Notes under the pieces: model-generated
The model's database searches: none
What the model saw: the letters and a program-made list of their open reading frames with translations, nothing else
What the model was told of the DNA's origin: nothing
Part shown: positions 1 to 9,825 of the stretch, piece after piece
How positions within the stretch are numbered: the stretch's first letter is position 1
Layout: each line of letters begins with the position of its first letter
Translations under genes and position numbers: made by a program
NCBI GenBank assembly: GCA_030747485.1
Contig: JASLKP010000005.1
Coordinates: 6,006 to 70,005 of the forward strand
Direction: 5' to 3'
Source: Candidatus Thalassarchaeaceae archaeon
GTDB lineage: Archaea; Thermoplasmatota; Poseidoniia; Poseidoniales; Thalassarchaeaceae
DNA: 64,000 nt

Positions 1-1
1 A

Positions 2-1804
2 CAACTCTCTGAAGTAGGTGGTGACGCAGTTCTTCTGGCTGATCGAATCTCCCACCTCGCAAATGTTGCAGGTAACAATTTGACTACAGAGAGCGCATCT
101 ACTTCTGATGCAGTTCAAGTGATGACCATTCACGGTTCCAAAGGTCTGCAAGCCCGATGTGTGATTGTTGGGGGTTTGTTTAGCGAAGGTCAAGGCAACA
201 TTCGCCACGATTTACGTGATCGGGTCCTCGCCACTCCAGAGATTTTCGCAGCGAACCCGAATCCTTGGTTAACTGGAGCCAAAATTGAGAGTGGTGTGTG
301 GACATTTGCGAAGATGCTTCAAGAAGCCCAAATTCAAGCCGAAGCGCGTCGTTTATTCTATGTCGCTTGTACACGCGTAAAGGACATTCTCATTCTGGCT
401 GGTAGTCCAAACGATTCCGTTTGGGAGGGAGATGCAATTTCCCTCAAACCACGCCCATTGTCGATGCCAACCTTTGGCCACATGTGGTTTGAAACTCAGG
501 GTTGGGAGCCAGACGACGACGGCCGGTATCGAACATGTGTTCCACTAGAGTTAGCTGAATTCCCCATCCATTCACACGTGTCTGAATTAGGTGACATGCA
601 TTCCACACGTAGCCCCTTGGTTCGTATGCACCGTCTTCATCAAACCACTACTGATGCCTTTGAAGAAGTGTCTCATACAATCTCAACGGATGTACCGAAT
701 CGACAGCGATTGTCACGAATTGCCCCACACGCTTTGGATGCAGCAGCATCGTGTCCACGTAGACATTGGCTGTCAACGAGAACAGGTCTTTCAACAGAAG
801 CGATTCGATTAGACATGGCTGCTGACCATCTAACCGACACAACCGCCTCAAGAGTCGGTTTACCACCAGCAAATGTCATCGGTTCGATTGTACATCGATT
901 GATGGAGGTTGGTTTGGCAAATCCTGGCCCATCATCAGCATTGACTGCCCCGTTATCTGAACAGTGGACCCAGACTTCTACGGATTTGCTAACCGATACA
1001 TCAACGCTCGCTCAAGTGATATCTGAATTGTTACCTGCTGATGCAGATGCAGATGCGATGACGACTTTGATGATTCAGATGTCTGAATTGTTACGCAAGG
1101 GACCGCTTGGAACTCTAACACGCGGTGAAGCGTGGAATGATGAAATCGTTGAGGGTTTACGAACTGAATGGCCATTCAGTATACGCCATACAATTCCAGT
1201 CGATACTAACGACGAGACATGGGCACCTCATGGCTCCCAATCACTCGCTGAAATCAATTCATTTGAAATTTCATCGAGTGGTATTGCTGACCTTGTTCTT
1301 TGCACTCGTTTAGAATCTGGAGAGGGGGCAATACGTGCTGTCGATTTGAAAACAACAGGAGCAGCCCATCTTCACGCCGGACGGCCTCATCCATTGCTAG
1401 AGGCAGATGGTCCATCTCGACATCATGAAGAGTCCGCATTGCTTGAAAAATACCGTATGCAACTTGCATTGTATACTCGCGTCCTCATCTTGCAAGAAGA
1501 ATCTCGGAAAGCGGTTGGCATTCAACACCGTAGAGTATTGCCACCAGCAATTCTCGCAACATCCACTGGTCGTATGATTACAATGTCTGATGATGAAATG
1601 ACTACTGCGTTGGATGATCTCGACAATTTGTTCAAACAAATCGCTGAACTTGCACTTCGTCCAGGTGATGCTGACCTACCTCCTCGCCTCTCCGGTGAAG
1701 CGGCGGAGGCATGTCACCACTGTCCATTTTCAATGGGTGATATTCGCCTGTGTGCACCAGAAGGTGAGCCTCTCGGTTTGCGACCGATTGAAGAGTCTGA
1801 ATAA
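2..1804 (+). CDS. UvrD/AddA-like SF1 helicase-nuclease, C-terminal part (5' truncated by window edge)
   Basis: The reading frame is open from position 2 with no stop. It carries a motif-VI-like TIHGSKGLQ, a downstream PD-(D/E)XK signature (GIADLV ... AVDLKTTG) and a Cas4/AddB-like Cys set (C...CHHCPFSMGDIRLC) suggesting an Fe-S nuclease domain. Confidence 0.6.
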   Translation, partial: QLSEVGGDAVLLADRISHLANVAGNNLTTESASTSDAVQVMTIHGSKGLQARCVIVGGLFSEGQGNIRHDLRDRVLATPEIFAANPNPWLTGAKIESGVWTFAKMLQEAQIQAEARRLFYVACTRVKDILILAGSPNDSVWEGDAISLKPRPLSMPTFGHMWFETQGWEPDDDGRYRTCVPLELAEFPIHSHVSELGDMHSTRSPLVRMHRLHQTTTDAFEEVSHTISTDVPNRQRLSRIAPHALDAAASCPRRHWLSTRTGLSTEAIRLDMAADHLTDTTASRVGLPPANVIGSIVHRLMEVGLANPGPSSALTAPLSEQWTQTSTDLLTDTSTLAQVISELLPADADADAMTTLMIQMSELLRKGPLGTLTRGEAWNDEIVEGLRTEWPFSIRHTIPVDTNDETWAPHGSQSLAEINSFEISSSGIADLVLCTRLESGEGAIRAVDLKTTGAAHLHAGRPHPLLEADGPSRHHEESALLEKYRMQLALYTRVLILQEESRKAVGIQHRRVLPPAILATSTGRMITMSDDEMTTALDDLDNLFKQIAELALRPGDADLPPRLSGEAAEACHHCPFSMGDIRLCAPEGEPLGLRPIEESE

Positions 1805-1841
1805 GAGCAGTCCTTTTGCTGCGAACCGTTGTGGCAGTGTC

Positions 1842-3254
1842 ATGGCGAGCATCAATTTCGCTCAGATTCATGAATGGGTTGATGAACAATGGGAGGGCCA
1901 TGCCCTTGAATCATTGGAGCGATTCATCGAGATTCCAGCATTATCTCCAGCATTTGATGAGGAATGGGCTGCCAACGGTTATCTGGATGCAACCATTGAT
2001 CACTTCGTCGGATGGCTTGGTACACTCCCAATGGAAGGAATAACTTGCTCAGTGCACCGAATACAGGGTAGGACACCGGTTCTCATAGTTCAAGTGGAAG
2101 GCACCGGTGAGGGAGAGGTTTTGTTCTATTCACATCTTGACAAACAACCACCATTTACCGGTTGGTCTGAAGGCAAGGGGCCTTGGATTCCAGTCAGAGA
2201 AGATCCGTGGCTATTTGGTCGTGGCTCAGTCGACGATGGTTACGGTGGATACCTCAGTATTCTCTCCATTCTCGCCCTCCAACAGCATGGGATTCCTCAT
2301 CCAAAGTCAACATTCTTGATTGAAACCTGTGAAGAATCAGGCTCTTTCGATTTACCAGCATATTTGGATGAATTATCAGATTTGTTAGGTACACCCGATT
2401 TGGTTGTCGTGATGGATTCAGGTGCCGGTGATTATGAGCGATTATGGGTCACGACCAGCTTGCGAGGCTTGGTCGGCGGCACACTACGAGTCGGTGTCAG
2501 TAAGGAAGGAGTACATTCAGGAATGGCGGGGGGTATCATTCCTTCATCATTCAGAATCGCACGTTCTCTGATTAGCCGAATTGAGGATGAAGGAACCGGT
2601 AATGTGCTGTTACCTGAATTAACAGTCAATATTTCGGATGAACTTCGTGGAGAAGCTCAAGGTATCGCCGACGTACTTGGAGACAATGTATGGACCGATC
2701 TTCCTGCCCTTGAGGGCTTGCAACCACAGACTCCAGGGATCACTGAAGTGATTCTTTCAGGCAATTGGCGGCCATCTCTATCCGTCACTGGAGCAGATGG
2801 GATACCAAGCATTGCCAATGCAGGCAATGTATTGCGAACACATACATCTTTGAAACTCAGTATGAGAATCCCGCCTGGTGTTGATGCTGATCACGCGGAG
2901 TCCATCATGAAGGCGGCGCTTGAAGCAGATTCACCACACGGTGCTCACGTCTCCTTTGAAGCAGATGCAGCAGCAAATGGTTTCTCAGCACCATCGATGG
3001 ATCCTTCTTTTAGAAATGCATTGAATGAGGCAAGCCTCGCCACTTTTGGCAATCCAATGCAGGTATTCTTTGAGGGTGGAACAATCCCTTTCCTCGCCAT
3101 GATGCAAGAGAAGTATCCCAATGCTGATTTCCTCGTTACAGGCAGCCTCGGTCCCGGTGGAAATGCGCATGGACCAGACGAAAAGTTGCATATTCCTGCC
3201 ACGAAAGCAGTCACGACTTGTGTTGCAGCAGCAATCGCATCATTGAATCCCTGA
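1842..3254 (+). CDS. M20 family metallopeptidase (ArgE/DapE/carboxypeptidase G2-like)
   Basis: Motifs HLDKQPP and GRGSVDDGYGG with a downstream E-E metal-ligand pattern are typical of the M20 family. The first ATG after the upstream stop is at 1842; the track ORF 1614..3254 is a stop-free extension. Confidence 0.7.
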   Translation: MASINFAQIHEWVDEQWEGHALESLERFIEIPALSPAFDEEWAANGYLDATIDHFVGWLGTLPMEGITCSVHRIQGRTPVLIVQVEGTGEGEVLFYSHLDKQPPFTGWSEGKGPWIPVREDPWLFGRGSVDDGYGGYLSILSILALQQHGIPHPKSTFLIETCEESGSFDLPAYLDELSDLLGTPDLVVVMDSGAGDYERLWVTTSLRGLVGGTLRVGVSKEGVHSGMAGGIIPSSFRIARSLISRIEDEGTGNVLLPELTVNISDELRGEAQGIADVLGDNVWTDLPALEGLQPQTPGITEVILSGNWRPSLSVTGADGIPSIANAGNVLRTHTSLKLSMRIPPGVDADHAESIMKAALEADSPHGAHVSFEADAAANGFSAPSMDPSFRNALNEASLATFGNPMQVFFEGGTIPFLAMMQEKYPNADFLVTGSLGPGGNAHGPDEKLHIPATKAVTTCVAAAIASLNP

Positions 3255-3345
3255 TGATTCGGGAACACTACGTGTTCCCCGTTAGAACGGGTATCTATCA
3301 GGGAGCGGGTTATAATACGGGGCCATAGGTGGGACCTGACGAGGG

Positions 3346-3966
3346 ATGCCGATGTCCGATGATGGTGACGATGCTGGAACACTCACTCCTGAGGTGCGAA
3401 TGCGCCAGATGGAGGCACGCTTGGCAGATGAAACAGAGCGTCTAGTGAAACTCTACGATGCTTACGAGCAGCAAGAGAAGGAAATTGTGTCCCTTAGGGC
3501 TGAAATCGAAGTTTTAGAGAAGGACGGAGTCGACAAGGCGATTGAAATCGCCAGTGGCGAGGATCGTATCAAAGAGAAGAACAATCGAATTGAAGACCTT
3601 GAGAAAGCAGGTGCTTTAGCCAAAACCAAAGTTGAGACTCTTGAACCAGCATTAGAGAAGATGGAAGAGAGGTTCACCCGAGAGAAAGAACGTCTTTCTC
3701 GTGTCTTTGAGATTGCAGAGGAATTAGATGGTGACCTACGTCTTGCTGTTGCTGAGATGAAAGCGCGTGACGATTGGTACGTATCACACATGCAAGTGTT
3801 TGAAGATTTGAATCGCGCAATCAAGACTCGCTATGAAATGATTGAGAATGCCGTTGAAGCAGAGCGCAAATCGGCTCACATGAAGCGTGCTATTCGAGAG
3901 CAATTTGAGGATGCAGAACAGGCTCGTGCTGATGATGCAGCCGAAGCTGCTGACGAAGAGGAGTGA
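3346..3966 (+). CDS. Acidic coiled-coil protein, function unknown
   Basis: 206 aa with a heptad-like E/K/R/L-rich sequence throughout and an Asp/Glu-rich C-terminus. Its stop overlaps the next gene's start, which suggests translational coupling. Confidence 0.5.
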   Translation: MPMSDDGDDAGTLTPEVRMRQMEARLADETERLVKLYDAYEQQEKEIVSLRAEIEVLEKDGVDKAIEIASGEDRIKEKNNRIEDLEKAGALAKTKVETLEPALEKMEERFTREKERLSRVFEIAEELDGDLRLAVAEMKARDDWYVSHMQVFEDLNRAIKTRYEMIENAVEAERKSAHMKRAIREQFEDAEQARADDAAEAADEEE

Positions 3967-3971
3967 GGTCA

Positions 3972-4811
3972 ATGGGTGCCATCGCCCCAGGGGGCGTGGT
4001 TCCAATCATGACTTGGTTTTCGATGGGGATTGCTATCGAAGCCATTGCGTTACTGGTTTCAGACCTTGGTGGAATGGCCCACGTAATGGGCATGCTCTGT
4101 TGGATTTTCACTGCATTGATTGCCAATTTCTATCGTGACCCTGACCGCCCGATCCCCAAAGATGAGGGAATCATCGTTTGTCCTGCTGATGGTCATGTCA
4201 TGTTCGTGATGCGAGAGCGCGCCACCGGTCGTCGACCCAACACAGAAGAAATGGAATCGGTAGAAACTGACCCATTGACTGGGACTTGGCACCCCGAACC
4301 GTGTTCATCAGCACTGTCGTTTGAAATTGAACAACGATGGGAGTCGGTACCATCTGGTGAGGAATCTCGTACAGATGCTTGGCGAATTGCAGTCTTCATG
4401 TCTCCATTAGATGTTCACGTGAATCGCAGCCCAATTGCTGGCACAATATCACATATGGAACACCGTACGGGCAAGGGTTTGCGCCGAGGTCCATTCCTTC
4501 CAGCATATCGTAAGGAATCAGCTTGGAATGAACGCGTTCGTACACTGTTTGAGCGTGATGATGGACTAGTCGTGGAAGTCACCCAAATCAGTGGTCGCCT
4601 CGCCCGTACAATTGCGCCATGGACAGACAAAGGAGACGCCTTACGCCGAGGCCAACGTTACGGTATGATCCGCCTCGGCAGCCGCGTGGATGTTAGAGTC
4701 CCAGCAAGTCAATTTGAGCCATCAGTCATTGGCGCGAATGCCAATGACCGTGAACATCCAAAGGGTCAATTTGTTCAGGCTGGCACGACAATATTGTTCA
4801 AACCAACTTGA
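3972..4811 (+). CDS. psd: Phosphatidylserine (archaetidylserine) decarboxylase proenzyme
   Basis: FMSPLDVHVNRSPIAG matches the PSD FxSPxDYHRxHxP core. The C-terminal LGSRVD resembles the LGST self-cleavage site and there is an N-terminal TM segment. A GTG at 3963 is an alternative start. Confidence 0.7.
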   Translation: MGAIAPGGVVPIMTWFSMGIAIEAIALLVSDLGGMAHVMGMLCWIFTALIANFYRDPDRPIPKDEGIIVCPADGHVMFVMRERATGRRPNTEEMESVETDPLTGTWHPEPCSSALSFEIEQRWESVPSGEESRTDAWRIAVFMSPLDVHVNRSPIAGTISHMEHRTGKGLRRGPFLPAYRKESAWNERVRTLFERDDGLVVEVTQISGRLARTIAPWTDKGDALRRGQRYGMIRLGSRVDVRVPASQFEPSVIGANANDREHPKGQFVQAGTTILFKPT

Positions 4812-5543
4812 TTATTCAGGTTTTGAACCATCTGCTTTGCGAATACATTTGGCGGGGATTCCACCCCATACTTCGCCAGGAGGAATGGTGGTGAATTTCG
4901 GAAGGACGGCCTTGCTTGCGACGACTGCTCCATCACCTACTACACAACCAGGATTGATTTGAGCCATGGTACCGATGACGACTTTCGCACCGATTCGTAC
5001 CTTGGAGAGATGAATTCCATCACGCTCAAACAGATGACCATTGATGACAGCATCTCCACCGATAATCGTTCCAGCCCCAATTTCAACCATGAAACAATCA
5101 TTCACACTTGAGGAGTTAATTTGCGCGCCCTTGCCTACTTTGCACCCCATCATTCGATAGTAGAGATCTGCGACAAATGATGGTACCATCCATTGTAACG
5201 ATGGTAGTGCAAGACGATGGAACAGTGCTAGAAACGCCCAACGAATGGTCAACCAACTTTCAGTTGGTGCTTTTGCGTCGTCTAAACTTGGTCTCATAAT
5301 CATTCCAAGAATGCCGAGCATCAATAAATCCGACAAGCACCATAGTAGCGCTCCAATGCCAATCGATGCACCTAGGGCCAACAATTGTTGCCACTCAGGC
5401 CAAGTCGAACTCGCGTCAATCACTTCTCCACAGAGGTAAATTCCTGGAACAGTCGCTAAGCCCCAAAGAACGAAACCTAAGGGCATGACCAGCATAGATA
5501 GAATTGGTTGAATCCACGAAAACCCACGCAGCTTCTTCGCCAT
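4812..5543 (-). CDS. Membrane-anchored hexapeptide-repeat (left-handed beta-helix) acyltransferase
   Basis: N-terminal TM helices followed by imperfect hexapeptide repeats (IGAGTIIGGDAVINGH ... IGAKVVIGTMAQINPGCVVGDGAVV). Confidence 0.65.
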   Translation of the reverse strand: MAKKLRGFSWIQPILSMLVMPLGFVLWGLATVPGIYLCGEVIDASSTWPEWQQLLALGASIGIGALLWCLSDLLMLGILGMIMRPSLDDAKAPTESWLTIRWAFLALFHRLALPSLQWMVPSFVADLYYRMMGCKVGKGAQINSSSVNDCFMVEIGAGTIIGGDAVINGHLFERDGIHLSKVRIGAKVVIGTMAQINPGCVVGDGAVVASKAVLPKFTTIPPGEVWGGIPAKCIRKADGSKPE

Positions 5544-5546
5544 TAC

Positions 5547-7619
5547 TCACTCCTCTTCTGTTTGTCTACTGTTACGAGCATCTTCCTCTTCGGCTACACG
5601 TATGCCTTCCTCGATGTCGACCTTACTGGTGAGATAAGTACCGATTAGAATCACAATCGTAATCGTTAGCAATGCGACTCTACTATCGAAAGTAGTGCTC
5701 GCAATTCCATAGAGGAATGTACCAATCATCGCCGCAGATTTACCTAGGAATCCAAAGAATCCGAAGAATTCAGATGTGCGTGTTTTCGGTGTCAATTGTG
5801 AGAATACCGAACGGGCCTGAGCACCTGCCGAACCCATGGCACAACCAACAAACAATCCAAGAATAATCCATTGCATTGCCACACTAATTCCAAGAGGTGC
5901 CCATACCATGCTACGCATTAATGACGGCCACCAATCAACAGGTCCACCTCTGTCGACAACTGTTGGGTGAGTATTGCCAACTTCTGAAGCACCGGCCTCA
6001 TTCCCACCGATGAAAATGATGGAAAATCGGTGATCATTTGTATCATTAAACGAAGCGACCATTGCAGTCGCATTTCCTTCACTAATTGTTTTGATTTCTT
6101 TCTCCTCAACAGTCGCACCATCTGCAAGGAATGATGCTCCAAAGATTCCAACAGTCACAATAAGGAATGCTGCAATGACACCCATCCATCCCATTTCTTT
6201 ACTTTGCACCCACATGATGGCACCTCCCAGTATGGATAACATGGCCAGGATAAACAAACAAACCATCAATCCTTTTTTCATGTCAGTATCTTCTGCTCCT
6301 TCACGACTCCAATCTGGTTCTGGGAAATCATTTTGGAAAGCATCACGGAAGGCAGCATCACCATCTGAATCACTACTAATCCAATCTTCATAAGGAACTT
6401 CATACAATGTCTTCATCACATAAACACCGTCATCAGTTGTATTGTCTCCATCTGGATCCTCATCCCATTCAAATTGGAAATCATAACGCTCTGCATCATC
6501 TTCACCTTCTAGTTCGAGAGGTGCAAAACCTGCTGCTGTAACAGCGACTCCACAATAGATGAGTAGGGCCAACATCAATGCAAATTTTGTACCCTTCACA
6601 TCGGCCAGTTTACCGAATACGAATGTCATTGGGATTGCAACAATATTGACCGTTAACAAGAGAATGATATTCATTTGTTGATTGAGTCGCAATACTGAGT
6701 CTCCAAACGCACTGGCCATACTGGCGATGGTATTCACACCATCATAGAACAGCAGATAAGCAATTAAGAAGAATGCAAGGACCTTGAATTTTCGAATTTC
6801 CATCGCGGTATTGTATACTTCTGTATAAGCAATCTTCGCGGCTCCAAAAAATCGCGTAACGTTGTTTTCTCCCAAACTTTCCCATTCCAATTCTGAAGCG
6901 ATTTCAGGTTCAGGCGTCCACTTGAACATCAATGCTCCAAAACCCCACCACCATAGTGCAGATGTCACAAAGATGACCGCGAGTTTGAAATCCATATCCC
7001 AATCAAATGGTCCCATTAGAATGAGCAGATGGAAAATAAGCAGCAACGATCCACCCATAAATCCGTACATGTACCCCCAAGTAGAGACATGATCCTGACA
7101 TCGTCTTTCAGCGAGATAGGGCATGAACGAGTAATAGATGACGTTACCACCAGTGAATCCGATGGTACCGATGGAGAACATCACTGCAAGCACAATATAC
7201 CCATCTGAACCAAAGTAAGGTGCAGCTCCCATCAATGCAGTGAAGCCAATTCCCGCAACTGTGTACCATTTGAGTAATTTCTTCTTGACTGGCACACGAT
7301 CTGCAATGACCCCCAAAGCCGGTGCGGTGAGTACAACAAAAATCATTGAAATTGTGAGAACGAATGCATAGAACGAATCACCGGTTTGAGTACCAGTAGC
7401 TTTGTTGTACAAGTTGGACATCAGCGCCGGTGCAATCACCGTCATGACGGTCAAGGCATAGGCTTGATTTGCCCAGTCAAAGAAATACCAACCTTTGACT
7501 GCCTTTTTGTCATCTTCAGGCATTTCATCCATCAATCTCTTGACCAATCCGGGTTCCCGTGTCTCTGTAGATACTGTCTCGCCCATGCACCGTGAGGCTC
7601 GATAGAGGGCTATAACCAA
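5547..7619 (-). CDS. MFS transporter, UMF1/Atg22-like family, with large acidic loop insertion
   Basis: WYFFDWANQAYA N-terminal signature of the UMF1 family. About 12 TM segments, interrupted by a roughly 150-aa D/E-rich soluble loop (ELEGEDDAERYDFQFEWDEDPDGDN...). Alternative start at 7586 (MGETV). Confidence 0.6.
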   Translation of the reverse strand: MVIALYRASRCMGETVSTETREPGLVKRLMDEMPEDDKKAVKGWYFFDWANQAYALTVMTVIAPALMSNLYNKATGTQTGDSFYAFVLTISMIFVVLTAPALGVIADRVPVKKKLLKWYTVAGIGFTALMGAAPYFGSDGYIVLAVMFSIGTIGFTGGNVIYYSFMPYLAERRCQDHVSTWGYMYGFMGGSLLLIFHLLILMGPFDWDMDFKLAVIFVTSALWWWGFGALMFKWTPEPEIASELEWESLGENNVTRFFGAAKIAYTEVYNTAMEIRKFKVLAFFLIAYLLFYDGVNTIASMASAFGDSVLRLNQQMNIILLLTVNIVAIPMTFVFGKLADVKGTKFALMLALLIYCGVAVTAAGFAPLELEGEDDAERYDFQFEWDEDPDGDNTTDDGVYVMKTLYEVPYEDWISSDSDGDAAFRDAFQNDFPEPDWSREGAEDTDMKKGLMVCLFILAMLSILGGAIMWVQSKEMGWMGVIAAFLIVTVGIFGASFLADGATVEEKEIKTISEGNATAMVASFNDTNDHRFSIIFIGGNEAGASEVGNTHPTVVDRGGPVDWWPSLMRSMVWAPLGISVAMQWIILGLFVGCAMGSAGAQARSVFSQLTPKTRTSEFFGFFGFLGKSAAMIGTFLYGIASTTFDSRVALLTITIVILIGTYLTSKVDIEEGIRVAEEEDARNSRQTEEE

Positions 7620-7671
7620 CTCCCCGTATACATGAGTATAGTCTAAGTCCCGTATTGATTAGTGGGATTCC

Positions 7672-8457
7672 ATGCGAAGCCCTGCCAAAACAATGTATGT
7701 ACTGCTGCTGAGTTCGATTCTGGTTGCTGGGTGCCTCAATGCTGGCACCACAGGATCATCATCTTCACAGCCGATGAATGGACCCGCCGTCGATGCGGAG
7801 TTACTTTCGATTGAACCCGATTATAGGGAAAGCGGTAGTCTCCGCGAAATCGATATCACTGCATATCACGCGATGCTCGATTGGAATGGTTCAATTGATT
7901 TTGCAGGATGGGACGTAGATCTCGATGGCATTGTCGATTATGAAGTCACTTCACCAAATGGAATTACAGATATTACTGTGGATGACGATGATGTCGTAGA
8001 ATCAGATGACTTTCTTCGATTTACAGTTGCCTTTGGTGCCGTTGATAGTGATGGAAATTGGGGTTGGGAGATGTTGTCGAATGGTGATGAGATGGTGAAT
8101 TACGCATCAACAACAATGAACAGCTTTACTGCTTCAGACAGCGATGCATCGACATCTGGTGCAATGGACGACAACCTAATGCGCATCACTTGGCAATTCG
8201 CCGAGGATGACCTAAACTGGGCATTCGTCAGCATCAAGTTGGGCGTAGGCGACATGACCTACGACTGCACAACTGATGGCACTGAAGAGTGCGCAATCGG
8301 TCAGGACGGAAGCGATGAAGGCTCTTGGGAAACCACAGAGTTCCTCACTCTCTCAGAGAGTGGTACCGACATCTGCGACGGTTCGTGCAGTGTTGACATC
8401 TACGTGAAGTACCGCGGATCAACTGTATCTGGTACCTCCAACGTAGGCGTCGCTTGA
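7672..8457 (+). CDS. Secreted acidic lipoprotein-like protein
   Basis: Signal peptide with a lipobox-like LVAGC, an Asp-rich mature region, and a strong terminator hairpin downstream. Confidence 0.5.
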   Translation: MRSPAKTMYVLLLSSILVAGCLNAGTTGSSSSQPMNGPAVDAELLSIEPDYRESGSLREIDITAYHAMLDWNGSIDFAGWDVDLDGIVDYEVTSPNGITDITVDDDDVVESDDFLRFTVAFGAVDSDGNWGWEMLSNGDEMVNYASTTMNSFTASDSDASTSGAMDDNLMRITWQFAEDDLNWAFVSIKLGVGDMTYDCTTDGTEECAIGQDGSDEGSWETTEFLTLSESGTDICDGSCSVDIYVKYRGSTVSGTSNVGVA

Positions 8458-8502
8458 ACCTAACAGTTTGACTGTAGCTCAAAACAAAACAAGATGACAA
8501 CC

Positions 8503-8551
8503 GTGCCTCCCGGTGGGCGCCCTTTGGGTGCCCCCGGGGGGCCTTTTTTTT
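8503..8551. terminator. Bidirectional GC hairpin + T8 tract terminator between convergent genes
   Basis: gcctcccggtgggcgccc-ttt-gggtgcccccggggggcc followed by tttttttt. The reverse strand also ends in a T-rich run (ttgttttgtttt). Confidence 0.55.
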
Positions 8552-8570
8552 GTTTCAATTTCTGAATCAA

Positions 8571-9752
8571 TCATTCGCGATTGGATGTGATTTGATTCCA
8601 TCGATGTAAACTTCTTCCAGTTTGAGTGAGATACATTCCATATGCCAGATTGAGGTTCTGGTGAAGATAGGATACAATTGTGCCACACAATGGGATACGA
8701 GCCCCAGAGACACCAATGGCAAGCGAGAAGAGTACAAGTGCGTCGATAAGTAACATGATTCGATCTAATGGAAGTGCTTCACTACCAGTCCAACCAATTA
8801 AAATGACAGTTAGTGCATGTGCAACTCCTGACAATATGCCAATAATTACAATCCATGGAATCAAGGTATGTTGTACCCCATTGATTCCAAGAATGGTTCT
8901 CCAGGTACCGTGACCAAACCAATGTTTTCTGTTGCGCCAAAAGTGTCGTGACAAGCCCTGACCACGTCGAATTGCGCGTGCCCTCAGTTCACGTGCATCT
9001 GTAATCGGACGTTCATGGAATTGTATCGCAGAGTCTGAAATCGCACGCAATCCTGATTGACGGATCTGCACGGCTAATTGGGAATCGTCTGCATTTGAGC
9101 CAGAATCAATAGGGGACAAGAAGGATGTTCGATAAGCGGCAATTGACCCCTCAAATATTGGAGTCGAATCTACTCGAGATTCTCCTTCTCTGAACCAACG
9201 ATACCAATCTCGATAGATGGTTTGATCCGTATCAATGGCAATCGACCCACAAACTGCACCGATTTCTTCATCCTTCATCCGACGACCAATTCTTCGAAGA
9301 GCACCGGCGCCAAGCAAGGCATCTGCATCAGTCATTACGAATACATCATCAGTTGATTTGATTTCTGTAATCGCACGATTAATCGCTTCTGATTTACCCA
9401 ATCTTGCAGGCATTTCAATAATTTCAAGATTTAACTGATGTTTGGCATCCCAAGCCTTTGCCAACGAAACAGTATCATCTGTTGATGCTGAATCTATGAG
9501 AACGATTCGTCGTCTTGTCGGTGGATATTTCTGAGCCAAAAGATTATCCAATTTTTCTTCGATGATTGCTGCCTCATTCCATACTGGTAAAACGATAAAC
9601 AAGTATGGAAGTTCTTCATCAGTACATGCAGAAAGAGAGGGTAAAGATTTCTGTATCCATTTACGATTCAACCAATAATGTATAACCAAAGTCAGGACGA
9701 CACAAATCGCTGCACAAACCTGTACAGTAAGGAATGTGATACGAAGCACCAT
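8571..9752 (-). CDS. Family 2 glycosyltransferase (membrane-bound, dolichol-phosphate sugar transferase-like)
   Basis: LFIVLPVWNEAAIIEEKL ... IVLIDSASTDDT ... TDADALL (DxD) GT-A fold signature, with an N-terminal TM and C-terminal TM helices. Confidence 0.7.
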   Translation of the reverse strand: MVLRITFLTVQVCAAICVVLTLVIHYWLNRKWIQKSLPSLSACTDEELPYLFIVLPVWNEAAIIEEKLDNLLAQKYPPTRRRIVLIDSASTDDTVSLAKAWDAKHQLNLEIIEMPARLGKSEAINRAITEIKSTDDVFVMTDADALLGAGALRRIGRRMKDEEIGAVCGSIAIDTDQTIYRDWYRWFREGESRVDSTPIFEGSIAAYRTSFLSPIDSGSNADDSQLAVQIRQSGLRAISDSAIQFHERPITDARELRARAIRRGQGLSRHFWRNRKHWFGHGTWRTILGINGVQHTLIPWIVIIGILSGVAHALTVILIGWTGSEALPLDRIMLLIDALVLFSLAIGVSGARIPLCGTIVSYLHQNLNLAYGMYLTQTGRSLHRWNQITSNRE

Positions 9753-9825
9753 TTGTTGGCCTCAAGGGTCGCTGAACCTAACGCGAGATAAGTACACCGT
9801 TGGGAAATTGGGTGGCGAGCCCTTC

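Noticed and set aside
1614-1841. Track ORF 1614..3254 implies a 76-aa N-terminal extension of the M20 peptidase overlapping the helicase gene.
   Set aside because: The extension is hydrophobic and odd (MISTICSNKSLNLHFVQVMLTY...) and overlaps the upstream gene by 190 nt. The first ATG after the helicase stop (1842, MASINFAQ) gives a normal M20 N-terminus.
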